A stretch of 64,000 bases of DNA from an uncultured Chthonomonadaceae bacterium (GTDB lineage Bacteria; Armatimonadota; Chthonomonadetes; Chthonomonadales; Chthonomonadaceae). A program made the translations under genes and the position numbers. The stretch lies in contig CAWFQB010000004.1 of the NCBI GenBank assembly GCA_963817895.1, forward strand, positions 96,001 through 160,000. The letters are read 5' to 3'. Of this stretch, positions 44,542 to 56,241 are shown piece by piece. The stretch's first letter is position 1. Each line of letters begins with the position of its first letter. The notes below the pieces were generated by a model. The model did no database searches and was not told the origin of the DNA. It was given only the letters and a program-made list of their open reading frames with translations.

Positions 44542-47260
44542 TTAGTAGATGTCGCCGACGCCGACGCCGAGGGCTTGACCGGCGGGGCCGCGATTGAAGC
44601 GGTTGGTGGAGGGGAGGCCTTTCACCCGGAGCGCGAAGTAGATTTGGCGGTCGCTGTAAAAGCTGTTGGGGTTTTCGGAGTAGGACACGCTGGCTTCCAG
44701 ACAGTCCCATTCATGCACCAGTTCCGCCGCCCGCGACTCGAACAGGCCCGTGCCGCCGTTGAAGCGCAGTAGTCCCGCGAACCGCCAGCCGCGCGCAAAG
44801 GGAACGTCGAACTGCGTGTTGATCTGGCTGAACTTGCGCCGAATACCCGGTTGCTGCGGGTCCACGCGGGAAACCAGATCAAACGCCAAATCGTTCGCGC
44901 CGCGCAGTCGCATTTGATTGGTGAGCGCGAGGAATTTGCCCGTGTTCGGGTCGTAACTGGTCAGCGAGTCGAAGCGGAGGGTACTGCGGGGCTGCCACAT
45001 CAGGCGGGCGGACAGGGTTTGAAACGGCCTGCCGCTCGTTTGCCCCGAGTAAATCATAGCCGGTTCTTAGCGTGGCCTGAAAATGCTTGTCGTCCAGATA
45101 CCCGCCCTCGCCGGTCATATTAGTGGGAGCGGGTGTACTGGTCGAAAGTAAACGGTGTGCCGCCTTCCGGCTGGTCGTATAGATAGTTGATGTCGAAGCC
45201 GCTGCGCCCCAGAATGTGCTGCCGCAATCGCGTGTTGTTGCGGGTTTCATACTGCGCCGCGCCATCCCCGTACAACCGCTGCTCGAATCCGCCGCCCGTG
45301 ACAATTTCCGTTCGTCCCCGTATAACGGTTATCTGAGGAATGTTGAAGCCGACGAGCAGGCGTTCGGTAAATGTTTTGCTGGCGGGTTCGTTGAATTTGC
45401 CCAGATCGGCGGTAAAGGTTGTCGGCAGTTGCCGCAGCAGTCCGCCCTTGAAGTTGATGGTATCCGCTGTGAACTGGAATTCGGGCAATTTTTCCAGTGT
45501 GCCAATCGAAGTTCCCGCCGACTGAAAGCCGATGGGCGTACTCTTGTTGGCAGACAGCATGTACTGGTACTCGCGGGCCGTATGCTGAAACTGGAACTGC
45601 GTATCGGCCCGGGCGGTACGGTTGATGGTATCCGATAGCGGGCGTAGTGTCGGTGGCAATGGTGGACTGCGTGTTGAGCAGGCGCGACACGTCAATCTGG
45701 TACGACAGGGAGTTGCGGTTGCTGCCCTGCGACGCGAACTGAAACGAGTTGCGCAGGCTGCCGGAAATCTGATTGGTGGAGTAGGTCGTCGAGTCGTTGG
45801 TCTGGATGTTGATGGAGCCGAGCAGATTGACGCCATGTACGCTGTCATCGTGGGCAAGATCGAAGCGCGTGTTTTGCGTGGTCTGCCCGGAAGAAACCAG
45901 ATAGCTTTGCTTGGTCAGTTCCGTGCTGAAGCCGAAGCGGTTGTTGCCGCCGAACCCCTGCTGATGCCGCAAACTGGTGGTGAAGTTGCGGTTGAATCCG
46001 CTGCTGGTATAGCCCTGAATGGTGAAAATGCCGCCGCTTGCCGGACCAAGCCCCGTTCCCAATTGCGGCAGGCGCGGCCCAATGTTGCCGTATCCGTAGG
46101 CCGAAGTGACGGCTCCGCCCGGATCGCTGCTCAGACTGCCCGCCCCGCTGAATCCGCCGCCATACCCGTACCCGGACGTATCGAACTGGCTGGCCTGTTT
46201 GCCCGCAAGATACTCCTGCTCGAAGCGCAGGCGTTCGCCGAGTTTCTGCGTGAGCGCTGACCTGCACGTAACTGGCCGCGTCCTGTCCGATGGGGAACTC
46301 GTAGGGGAAACGTCCGTAATAGCCCTCCTGCACGTTCTGGCCGAATTCGGGAAAGTAGCTGGGGCGGTCGCGACGTTTGGGCGGTTTTTTGTCAAGTGGT
46401 ATGACGATGTAGGGAATGGTTATCAGTTTCACGCCGAACAGAATAACGCTTGTCTGGTGCAGCACAAGCCGCTGACCCGGCAGCAGATAGGCATCGCGTG
46501 ACCGCAGTTCGTAATGGTGAAACGGCTCGATACACGTTGTCTCGGTCGTGTTGTCGGCAAACGTGGTTCCCTGCCGGTTGCCGAACACATCGCGGCCCGT
46601 AACGAACACGTTGTCGTACACCCGGTTTTGCAGCACGTCGGGCGTCAGGATGCTGCGCGGATTGTCCAATCTGTAGCGGCGAGTTTGCGGGTAAAAGTGA
46701 ATGGTATCGGCGTAGGCGGTGGTGGTGGCCGTGACGATGCGCGCGTTTCCGGTGAGAATAACTTCCGTATTGAGATTGCCGGACGCGCGATCTGCGGTAA
46801 TGGTAGCGCCATTTCCGGCGATACTCACGTCTTCAGCCTCGAAACTACCTGTTATTGGGTTCGCGCTGTAAACTTTAGCCGTAATTTCCGGCAATTTCGC
46901 TTCGGGCGGGACATTATTGGGAGTGACGGCATCGGCAGGCGAGGGCGTTCCCTGCCGGGCTGCGGGCTGCGGGGCATTGCCTACAGGCGGACTTCCGGCA
47001 GGGGAGGCTTGACCTTTCGTTACAACCGGCGTCGTACCCGGCGCGGCAGGCGGCGGTTGTGTTCCGGCTTGTGTTTGCTGCGCTTGCGCCGGACTGCTGT
47101 TCCCTGTCCCCTGTTCCCTGTTCCCTGAAGCAGGCGTGACGGGAGGAGCCTTGTCCTGACAGGCAGAAAGGCGGGGGAGCAGGGCTAAAATAAGGGCAGC
47201 CAACAGCGCAGCGCGGGGGGGTACGATGCGGGGGCGATGGATGGTTGGGAACAGCGTCAT
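44542..47260 (-). CDS. LptD-like outer-membrane protein (several frameshifts)
   Basis: Lipobox-like LSAC, T.TTC...HYE motif after an OstA-like region, beta-strand-rich C-terminal fragments ending ...WDCLEA...; four overlapping ORFs. Confidence 0.6.
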
Positions 47261-47463
47261 GTTCCTTCCGCAAAGGTTAAAAGCCTGCGAAAGCAGAAGC
47301 GAAGACGAACATCAGGCAATCGTATGTCATTATAGCATGTCAGGCAAACGTTTTCATCGTTTTGCCGCCGGACACGAATCTTTAACACGCCCGCTTACGG
47401 CAATCGTGACAGCAACACGCGCCCAAATTATGTGTAACCATTTGGTTTTAGATTGGATAGGTT

Positions 47464-47943
47464 ATGTTTACGTCGAATACGGTTGTGATGCGGGGGGAAG
47501 CGGCAAAGATCATGCCGCGCATTTATCAGTTGGTGGCGGACATTCAGGATTGGCCGACCCTGTTGCCGCACTACCGCTATATGCATATTTTAGAGCAATC
47601 CGAAAGCCATAAAACGGCGGATTTCGGGGCGACGCGGACGTTCCGGTTTGGCCCGCTTGCAATTAGATTTCCGTGCAAGTGGCAGGCGCGGCAAGAATTA
47701 TTCCCGGATGATATGCGTATCACGTATAAACATGTTCGGGGAATCACGCGGGGCATGTGGGTGGAGTGGCGGCTGGAAGATTGCGGCGATCACGTCAACG
47801 TGACCATTGACCACGAACTTACCTACAATATTCCCATTCTCGGCCCCCTGTTCGCGCAGTACATTGTCGGCAATTTGTTCGTTCATCCCATCGCGGGGAC
47901 AACACTTAATTGCATCAAAACGAAGGTCGAGACAGAGGCATAG
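47464..47943 (+). CDS. SRPBCC/polyketide cyclase-dehydrase family protein
   Basis: VADIQDWPTLLPH, GMWVEWRL. Confidence 0.8.
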   Translation: MFTSNTVVMRGEAAKIMPRIYQLVADIQDWPTLLPHYRYMHILEQSESHKTADFGATRTFRFGPLAIRFPCKWQARQELFPDDMRITYKHVRGITRGMWVEWRLEDCGDHVNVTIDHELTYNIPILGPLFAQYIVGNLFVHPIAGTTLNCIKTKVETEA

Positions 47944-48075
47944 GTTGTTAGTTGTTAGTTGTTAGGTTTTTGGGTGGCTAACGGGTTAGTCCGCGCAGGC
48001 GGACTTCGTTATCACAGCCGCGCATTTCAATGCACGGCCTGCTGCGCGCGGATTTGTATCAGAAAGTGAACGCGA

Positions 48076-49320
48076 ATGACAATAGTACGCCGTGTTGTTG
48101 TAACGGGAATTGGGGCCGTCACCAGCATTGGGATTGGCGGGGAGGGGCTTTGGAGCGGGGTGAAGTGTGGACGCTCTGGTGTTGGGCCAATCACACACTT
48201 TGACGCGAGCAATCTCCCGTGTCGGATAGCCGCCGAAGTGCATGATTTCGACCCGACTCCCTATTTTGAAGCCAAAGCCTTGAAACGGCTGGATCGCCCG
48301 GTTCAGTTCGCCATTGTCAGCAGCAAACAGGCCGTTGCGGATGCGAAATTGGACATTGGGCAGGAGGACGCGGAGCGGATTGGCGTGTGCGTGGGCAGCG
48401 CGTTGGGCGGCTCTGCGTTTGCGGAACAGCAGCATACGGCGTACTTGCAGGAGGGATTGCGGGGCGTCAGCCCGCATGTTGCCCTGCAAACGTTTGTCGG
48501 CGCGAGCAGTTGCAGCGTGGCGATTGCGCTTGGCGTGACGGGGTATAGTTCGTCCAATGCGGATAGCTGCGCGTCCGGGCCGATTGCGATAGGCAATGCG
48601 TGGAACGCGATTCGGCGCGGCGAAGTGGATGTGATGCTTGCCGGGGCGACGGAGGCGTCGCTCGCGCCCCTGTGTTTCGGCGCGTTCGCTCTGATTCGCG
48701 CCATGTCCACGCGCAATGATGACCCGGAAAGCGCGTGTCGTCCGTTTGACCGCAACCGTGACGGCTTTGTGATGGGTGAGGGCGCGGCGGTTCTGGTTCT
48801 GGAAGAGCGCGAACACGCGCTGAATCGTGGGGCGCGGATTTACGCGGAACTGACCGGGTTTGCCTGTACCAATGACGCTTTTCACATGACCGCCCCCCGT
48901 CCCGATGGCACAAGCGCGGCTCGGTGTTTGAAAAACGCCATGCGTATCGGCGGCGTAACGCCCGAACAGGTGGACTACATCAACGCGCACGGCTCTTCCA
49001 CGCCGCTCAACGACTCGACGGAAACATCGGCCCTGAAGCAGGCGTTGGGCGAAGATGTCGTCCGTCATATCCCTATCAGCGCGACCAAATCCATGCACGG
49101 TCACGCGCTCGGCGCGTCCGGCGCGATTGAGGCCGCGATCTGCTGCCTCGCGATGGAAAACAATTGGATACCGCCGACCATCAACTACGAAACTCCCGAC
49201 CCGGAATGTGACCTCGACTATGTGCCGAATGTGGGACGCCCGAAAACGCTCAACACGGTGCTTTCCAACTCGTTCGGTTTCGGCGGCATCAACGCGGCGC
49301 TGGTATTCAAACGAGATTAA
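48076..49320 (+). CDS. fabF: Beta-ketoacyl-ACP synthase II
   Basis: RVVVTGIG, SCASG, INAHGSST, KSMHGH, SNSFGFGG. Confidence 0.9.
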   Translation: MTIVRRVVVTGIGAVTSIGIGGEGLWSGVKCGRSGVGPITHFDASNLPCRIAAEVHDFDPTPYFEAKALKRLDRPVQFAIVSSKQAVADAKLDIGQEDAERIGVCVGSALGGSAFAEQQHTAYLQEGLRGVSPHVALQTFVGASSCSVAIALGVTGYSSSNADSCASGPIAIGNAWNAIRRGEVDVMLAGATEASLAPLCFGAFALIRAMSTRNDDPESACRPFDRNRDGFVMGEGAAVLVLEEREHALNRGARIYAELTGFACTNDAFHMTAPRPDGTSAARCLKNAMRIGGVTPEQVDYINAHGSSTPLNDSTETSALKQALGEDVVRHIPISATKSMHGHALGASGAIEAAICCLAMENNWIPPTINYETPDPECDLDYVPNVGRPKTLNTVLSNSFGFGGINAALVFKRD

Positions 49321-50246
49321 GCCAGTTGCTTTTCGCGGCTAAGTCCTTCGACCTCGTTGTCTTGCAGGAAGTTGCGAACAAATGTGTGCAGGTCGTACTT
49401 CTGGTCTTCCATCAGTAGATGCCCCGCGCCCGCCAATCGCACCATGCGTTGCCGGTTGAACAGGTTGTGCCAGCGATCCAGCGAATCCAGATGAATGAAC
49501 GGGTCCTGCATTCCCCACAGCAGCAGGGTAGGAATATCCTGTATCGCTTCGCGGGACCGCCACAGGCTTTCAAACCAGTCGCTCGAACCGATCAGTTCCC
49601 GCGCAGCGGTCAGGTTGCCTTTGCGCGAGTCGGGCGTGGGAAGGGCGTTGATATACTGCGCCTGTATGTTTTTGGGCAGATTGTTTGTGTCTTCCACCGC
49701 CTGCTTGAGCATAAACCGCGTCTGGAAGTTCATCTTCTCGTAAAGCCACGCGCCCACTTTCTTGTTCAAAAACGTATTCGCTTTTTCCAGCGTCGGGTCG
49801 CCTTTGAGTGACCACATCCATGTGTTCATCACGACAAGGCGGCTGATGTTGTGCGGGTTATTGATAGCATAATTGAGGCCAATCGGCCCGCCATAATCAT
49901 GCACCATGAGAATGATGTTTTTCAGGTTCAATTCGCGGATCAGCGATTCGAGATTGTCCGCGTGGTCGGCGGGTTTGTAGGAGAACTTTTTCAGTTTGTC
50001 CGACAGGCCGAAACCCAGATGGTCGGGCGCGATGCAGCGGTACTCGCCCGACAACTGCTTGATGAGATGGCGGTACGCGAATGACCACGTAGGATTGCCG
50101 TGTACCATCACGATAGGCTGGCCGCGCCCTACGTCCACGTAGTGCATCCGCCCGCCCCGCGCCTTCTGATAGTAGTGGGACTCGAACGGGTATTCCTCGC
50201 GGTCAATCCACACGGAACTTTTCACGGTCTTGACGGACTTCTTCAT
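49317..50246 (-). CDS. Alpha/beta hydrolase (haloalkane dehalogenase-like)
   Basis: HGNPTWS, APDHLGFGLSDK, HDYGGPIG. Confidence 0.9.
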   Translation of the reverse strand: MKKSVKTVKSSVWIDREEYPFESHYYQKARGGRMHYVDVGRGQPIVMVHGNPTWSFAYRHLIKQLSGEYRCIAPDHLGFGLSDKLKKFSYKPADHADNLESLIRELNLKNIILMVHDYGGPIGLNYAINNPHNISRLVVMNTWMWSLKGDPTLEKANTFLNKKVGAWLYEKMNFQTRFMLKQAVEDTNNLPKNIQAQYINALPTPDSRKGNLTAARELIGSSDWFESLWRSREAIQDIPTLLLWGMQDPFIHLDSLDRWHNLFNRQRMVRLAGAGHLLMEDQKYDLHTFVRNFLQDNEVEGLSREKQLA

Positions 50247-50427
50247 AGCGCGGCTCTCCTGCAAAAATCAACAAATGCCGAAATCATCCAACTTCCCCGT
50301 TGGTTTACGGAGGCTCTTTCCATCATTATGGCACAGACGGCGCGGTTCAGAGAATCAATGTGCCGGAAGCGAACAAGAACAATATGGGAGGGGCGTCATT
50401 TCCCTGTGGCGCAAAATTTGTGTACAG

Positions 50428-50673
50428 TTACGCGCTTCGCAGCACAGGCTCTGGCGTGGCATAATCGCGCAGAATTTCTGCGGGAGATTTCTCCTCCCAC
50501 TCCGCGAGTAAATCCTCCAGTGGATGCCCCGCTTTCACCAAATTGCTTAACAGTTCTACCATCCGCGCATCCTGCTCTAACTCTTCTCTGGTCACTCCCG
50601 TAGCCAGCCATTCATTATCTATGTGTTCTCTTGCTTGTTGAAGGGCGCGTTCATACTTATTATCGCTGTTCAT
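50428..50673 (-). CDS. Small hypothetical protein
   Basis: RBS TAAGGAG; downstream of the GNAT-like gene. Confidence 0.6.
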   Translation of the reverse strand: MNSDNKYERALQQAREHIDNEWLATGVTREELEQDARMVELLSNLVKAGHPLEDLLAEWEEKSPAEILRDYATPEPVLRSA

Positions 50674-50742
50674 ACATCTACTCCTTAGGTGATTTATTCT
50701 ATCAATTACATCCATAGTTGTTTGTATATATGAGCGTCATCC

Positions 50743-51300
50743 CTACCTCAGACAAACCGCTTCAAGTAACACATTTGCTTCAGCGACATTGAGAATGTAA
50801 CGGTGCCGCTTCACTGACTATACCGACTTGAAGCCAAGCGCTTTGTAGAAATCTTCTGTGCCGGGTCGCGCCTGAACCAACACTCTTCCCTGCCCGCCAA
50901 GCAAAATACTCTTTGCAACCAGTCTTGCTACCAGTACACGTCCTACACCATGATACGCTCGTCGCGTATACCAGTGTTGATTGAAGGGCGCGGCTTCCAA
51001 AAGACTGTTCATAAGAAAAATATCGTTTGGCTCAACTTCGCCCAAATGGAGAATTCCTTGAATACGCTGATCCTCTGTATCATCAGCAATCAATTTGAGA
51101 ACCCGTTTGCTGCCGACAAGCTGAAGCCAGTTTAGCGCGAAAATGGCCTGTGACCAGTCCTCATTTTTCAATTCTGCCGCATCTTCCGCCAACAAAGGCG
51201 CAAAGTGTACGGGAACAATACTTCCTGTTTCGGCATCCGTGATGAAGTAAGGCCGCGTGTTTGCGTCTAGGTCCGACAAGTCTCTCTCCAACAGGTTCAT
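50743..51300 (-). CDS. GNAT-like acetyltransferase with in-frame TAG at 50818-50820
   Basis: LEAAPFN, YHGVGRVL, FYKALGF; 24 plausible codons follow the TAG in frame. Confidence 0.6.
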
Positions 51301-51675
51301 CTTGTAGATATTTGCTTTCAATCCGTCAGCATTTAGACGGAACAGGACGGTAGAAGTTTCATGCCCGGCAGCTTAGGGAGGCACTTAGAACTCAGTTGGA
51401 CTCACTTGGACTCAATCTTTACCACTTAAACGTAAAAAATTTATGAAGCGGCGGAAGGAAAAGGAGTCAGGCGTGGAGAAATACGCGCCGGAATCATGTT
51501 TTTGCCGTATGATAGCGGTAAGTCGCGGTTCTTGGTTTCAGAATCTCATTCCCGAACATTGTTCCAGCACCTTCGGAACGATGCGCAGATTTTCATCACT
51601 CCCTAAAAGTTTCAACGTCCCTTTCCCGCTGCGGCTTCGCGATTCCTGCGCTGCTGACGCGGGTACGAGTCTCGC

Positions 51676-52867
51676 ATGTCCAAACCCAAATCCCGGAAAT
51701 CGTCCCGAACCCGCGTGTCCTCGAAAGCGCAGGCCGAACCTGAGCCGCCCGCTTTGCCCGTCAACAGAGTCTCTGAAAGGCGATTGCCGCGAATTGCTGG
51801 CGACCCTGCCACCCAAATCCGTTGACCTGATCTTTGCCGACCCGCCGTACAACCTGCAATTGAAGCATGAACTCTGGCGGCCTAACCTGACCCACGTAGA
51901 TGGGGTGGACGACGCATGGGACAAGTTCAACAGCTTCGCGGAGTACGACTGCTTTACCCGCGAATGGCTGGCCGGCTGCCGCCACGTTCTGAAAGATACG
52001 GGCGCAATCTGGGTATGCGGTTCTTACCACAATATCTATCGCGTGGGAAGCATCTTGCAGGATTTGGGCTACTGGATACTTAATGACGTGAGCTGGGTTA
52101 AAAAAAATCCGCTGCCCAACTTCAGGGGAACGCGGTTTTGCAACGCGCATGAAACGCTGCTGTGGGCGAAAAAGTCGGAAAAGCAGCCGAAATACACGTT
52201 CAACTACAAGGCGCTGAAAGCCGGTAACGACGATTTGCAGATGCGAAGCGACTGGCACATTTCCACCTGCGGCGGCGAGGAGCGGCTGAAAGTAAACGGG
52301 CATAAAGCCCACGCGACCCAAAAGCCCGAAGCCCTGCTGCACCGTATCATTCGCGCCTGCACCCATCCCGGCGATGTTGTGCTGGACCCGTTTTTTGGGA
52401 CAGGAACGACGGGCGCGGTTGCGGCCCGCCTGCGTCGGCAGTGGATCGGTATCGAGCGCGAAGCCGCGTATGTGGAACTGGCCGAAGACCGAATCGCGCA
52501 GATTGTCCCGCCCCTTCTGCCGGATGAGATGACGCCGCCGCCACTGGATACGCCCAAACGCAAAATCCCGTTCGCCACGCTGCTGGAACATGGCCTGCTG
52601 GCTCCCGGCGATACGCTGCGATTGGGACGCTCGGAATTTGAAGCGACGATTCTCGACGACGCCACTATTGCCTGCGGGGGCGAACGCGGCAGTATTCACA
52701 GCGTGGCCGCCCGCTGCCTGAACAAACCCTCCTGCAACGGCTGGGAACACTGGCACTATCGCCACCCTCTGACGAGCGAATACCTCCCCCTCGATACCCT
52801 GCGCGAACGCATGAGAGCCTTGATTGAAAATAATGGGCAGGTAAAACCGACTATTGCGGCGAAATGA
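51676..52867 (+). CDS. CcrM/M.HinfI-like beta-class adenine DNA methyltransferase with C-terminal RAMA-like domain (1-nt frameshift near 51772)
   Basis: FADPPYNLQL, VDDAWDKF, GSYHNI, HATQKPEALL, DPFFGTGTT, GSIH...SCNGWEHW. Confidence 0.88.
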
Positions 52868-52876
52868 ACAGGCAAG

Positions 52877-52984
52877 GGTATTCGGTATTCGGCGTTCGGT
52901 ATTCGGAAAATCCAATAGCAGACGAATTTTCTTTTACGGAATAAACTATCAGCCGAACACCGAACACCGGATACCGAATACCGA
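52877..52984. repeat. Inverted pair of heptamer tandem arrays
   Basis: (GGTATTC)n ... (CCGAAYA)n. Confidence 0.85.
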
Positions 52985-53007
52985 CATTGGGAAGGGAGCG
53001 TGTTGAA

Positions 53008-54342
53008 ATGAGCGAAGAAATCAAAGGCGTATCGCGACGGCAACTGCTCGGTACGGCGGGGCTTGTGGGAACCAGTCTGGCGGCGGGAATTCTGCCGGTT
53101 CACGCGGAACCGATAACGCGAACGCGCAGAGTGGGCGCGAATGACAAAATTGTTCTCGGCTTGATCGGGTGCGGCGGCATGGGGCCAAGCGATATGCGGG
53201 AGCTGATGGGCAAGCCGGAAGTGGAAATGGCCGCGCTGTGCGATGTGGACAGCGCGCAAATGGGCAAGCAAGTCGGTAATGTGGAAAAGAAGTACGGTAA
53301 ATCGCCCGAACTGTTTTCCGATTACCGCAAGACTGCTGGAGCGCAAGGATATTGACGGCGTTATTGTCGGCACACCCGATCACTGGCACGCCCTGAACCT
53401 GATTCACGCGGTCGAGGCGGGCAAGGATGCGTACTGCGAAAAACCGATTTCGCACGACATCATCGAAGCGAAAACGATGGACGCAGCCGTGAAGCATTAC
53501 AATAAAATCGTGCAGGTGGGAACGTGGCAGCGCAGCACAGCGGAGTTCCATAGCGCGGTGGAGTACGTGCGGTCAGGCAAGTTGGGCAAAGTGGTTCTGG
53601 CGCGGGCATGGAAGGTGGAGGAGCGGGGCGCAGGCAAAGCGATGCCGACAACGCCACCCGCCTCGCTGGATTTCAATACATGGGTCGGGCCCGCCGCCAT
53701 GTTCCCCTATCAGGCGAACAAAGTTCACAACAACTGGCGCTGGTTCTTCAACACGGGCACGGGCAAAACCGGGGACTGGGGCGTACACATGATTGATATC
53801 GCCCTGCTCGGCATGAGCAAGGATACCGATCTGGTGATGCCGACCGAAGTGACCGCTTATGGCGGCAAAACTCACTTTCTGAACGATGACCGCGAAGCCC
53901 CCGACACGGTTCAGGCGATCATGCGCTTCAAAGACCCGGACTTTATGCTGCACTGGCAGACCGGGCAGGACTATCCGGGCGTCCCGATCACGGCACGGAA
54001 TGGGTGGGCGCGGACGGCAGAACCGTGCGCGTCTGGCGTGGCGGGTGGGAAATCCTCGACCCGAAGGGCGAACAGATGCCCAAAGAGCGCGTTCCCGCCA
54101 CCAACGACCACTGGCAAAACTGGCTGGACTGCGTGAAATCCCGCGAACAGCCCCGTTCCAATCTGGCTTCCATGGCGCAAACGACCATCACCTGCCACTT
54201 AATCAACGTGTCGCTGCTGGCGGGCGAAACCGTCCATTGGAGCAAGGAGAAGATGGATTTGGTCGGCAAAGCGGGCCGCAACTCTATCTACTACTCCCGC
54301 GAGTACCGCAAACCCTGGCATCTGCCGGTCTACAAGGCGTAA
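53008..54342 (+). CDS. Gfo/Idh/MocA oxidoreductase with Tat signal (two frameshifts)
   Basis: SRRQLL, LIGCGGMG, TPDHWH, YCEKP, DWGVH. Confidence 0.9.
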
Positions 54343-54595
54343 AGAAGAGGAGAGTGGGAACCGCGAAACACACGAAATAAACGAAAAATGACAAAATGAA
54401 GGCAAAAGGAAATAGACAGGATTAACAGGATTTTCAGGATTAAACAGGATTGCTCACAAGGAAGGTTTGACCTGATGTTCTTATCCGTGGGTATCCGTTT
54501 CATCCGTTCTATCCGTGGTTCGTATCTCCGCTTTTGACTTTTTTCGATTGTTTCGCGTTTCCCATTCTTCTTTTCTGCGTATGTTGGAAACAACT

Positions 54596-55261
54596 ATGAA
54601 ACTGATAGTAGGGCTGGGCAATCCGGGGGCGGAGTATGTGGGGACGCGGCACAACGTCGGCTTTGAGGTTGTGGACGTGTTGGCGAAGCGGCATGGCATT
54701 GCGGTCACGAAGCGCAATTTCAAGGCGGTTTATGGCGAGGGCGTGATTGGGCCGGAGAAAATTCTGCTGGCGCGTCCTATGACGTATATGAATCTGTCGG
54801 GAGAAGCGGTAGGCGCGATTGCGCATTTCTACAAAATTGAGACGGCGGACATAATTATTGCGCTGGATGACCTTGCCCTGCCCATTGGGAAACTGCGGCT
54901 GCGCTTCAAGGGTTCGGCGGGCGGGCAGAATGGATTGGACAATGTGATCCGGCATTTGAATACGCAGGAGGTGCCGCGTATCCGGCTTGGGGTGGGGGGC
55001 GCGCCGCCGGGAGATATGCGCGGACATGTTCTTTCTCGCTTCCGCAAAGAAGAACTGCCGGTGATTCAGGAGGCGTATGAACTGGCTGCCGATGCCGTTG
55101 AGTGCGCCGTCAAAGAGGGCTTTGATATTGCGATGAACCGCTTCAATGTTGGAGAAAAGCCCGCCGCAAATATCAAGAAGGCGGAAAAGACACAACAAAA
55201 GGATGCAGGCGATGCGGGGCGCGAGGTCGCGCCGGAAAAGGCGGACGGCCATGCACATTGA
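54596..55261 (+). CDS. pth: Peptidyl-tRNA hydrolase
   Basis: LIVGLGNPG, TRHNVGF, TYMNLSG. Confidence 0.95.
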   Translation: MKLIVGLGNPGAEYVGTRHNVGFEVVDVLAKRHGIAVTKRNFKAVYGEGVIGPEKILLARPMTYMNLSGEAVGAIAHFYKIETADIIIALDDLALPIGKLRLRFKGSAGGQNGLDNVIRHLNTQEVPRIRLGVGGAPPGDMRGHVLSRFRKEELPVIQEAYELAADAVECAVKEGFDIAMNRFNVGEKPAANIKKAEKTQQKDAGDAGREVAPEKADGHAH

Positions 55262-56063
55262 TTTACAGGGTAAAGTGGCGCTGGTGACGGGCGCGGGGCG
55301 CGGCATCGGCAAAACCATTGCGCTGACGCTGGCCGCAGAGGGCGTGACAACGGTTGGCACGGATATAGAGGCGGGCGGACTGGCGGAATTGGCGCAGGTA
55401 TTTGCCGAACAGGGCTGGAAAGGCGGGGCGCAGGTCTGCGATGTTCGGAACCCCGACGCTATTGCCGCGCTGGTCGCCAACATGGTTCAGAACTACGGGC
55501 GCATAGATATTCTGGTCAATAACGCCGGCGTCGCCATTACGAACCCGATTGACAAACAGGAGCCTGCCGATTGGAATTTGAATATTGACACCAATCTGAC
55601 GGGCGTATTTCTGATGTGCCGCGCCGTCGTTCCCGTGATGAAGCAGCAGAAGCAGGGGCGAATACTGAATGCCGCATCGTTTGCCGCAATTGTACCTTCG
55701 ATTGGCAGCGCGGCGTATGCGGCATCGAAGGCGGGCGTTGTGGCGTTTACCCGTGTGCTTGCGGGCGAAGTGGGTCCTTGGAACATCACAGCGAACTGCT
55801 ACGCGCCCGGCATGATACCCACGCAAATGAACCATTTTGCCGAAGCGTCGCCGGAGCGTCAGGAGAGGTTGCTGGATACGCTCACGCTGCGGCGTTGGGG
55901 CGAAAAAGAGGACATTGCGCGATTGATCTGCTTCCTTGCGTCGGATTTAGCAGGGTACATCACAGGCGCGATGATTGACATCAGCGGCGGCAAACTGGCG
56001 ACGCAGATACCGCGTCTGGCCTATGAGCAGGCCGCGCAGGAGGGCGCGTTTACGTTTGAATAA
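55251..56063 (+). CDS. SDR-family oxidoreductase
   Basis: TGAGRGIG, NNAG, YAASK. Confidence 0.93.
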   Translation: MHIDLQGKVALVTGAGRGIGKTIALTLAAEGVTTVGTDIEAGGLAELAQVFAEQGWKGGAQVCDVRNPDAIAALVANMVQNYGRIDILVNNAGVAITNPIDKQEPADWNLNIDTNLTGVFLMCRAVVPVMKQQKQGRILNAASFAAIVPSIGSAAYAASKAGVVAFTRVLAGEVGPWNITANCYAPGMIPTQMNHFAEASPERQERLLDTLTLRRWGEKEDIARLICFLASDLAGYITGAMIDISGGKLATQIPRLAYEQAAQEGAFTFE

Positions 56064-56086
56064 ACGGCGGAAAGTTCCGTAACCAC

Positions 56087-56116
56087 TTGACAGAGATGTA
56101 AACGTTTCGATATAAT
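56087..56116 (+). promoter_or_regulatory. sigma70-type promoter
   Basis: TTGACA-N18-TATAAT; the spacer holds LacI-operator-like TGTAAACGTTTC. Confidence 0.6.
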
Positions 56117-56241
56117 ACGCCGTTCGCTGTAGTAAATTGTTCATCAGGAAACGTTCGTCAGGAAACTATGGAAGCCTGCCCGCGCGCTCGACAGACCCTC
56201 CTGTACGAGTTGTTGTTTGGAAGCAGGCGAAGGAGAAATTC

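Noticed and set aside
24268..52915. Long antisense ORFs (e.g. 24268-25575, 31583-33067, 34571-36019, 41217-42848, 51761-52915)
   Set aside because: These are shadow frames of GC-rich genes with clear products on the opposite strand, and they carry no motifs.
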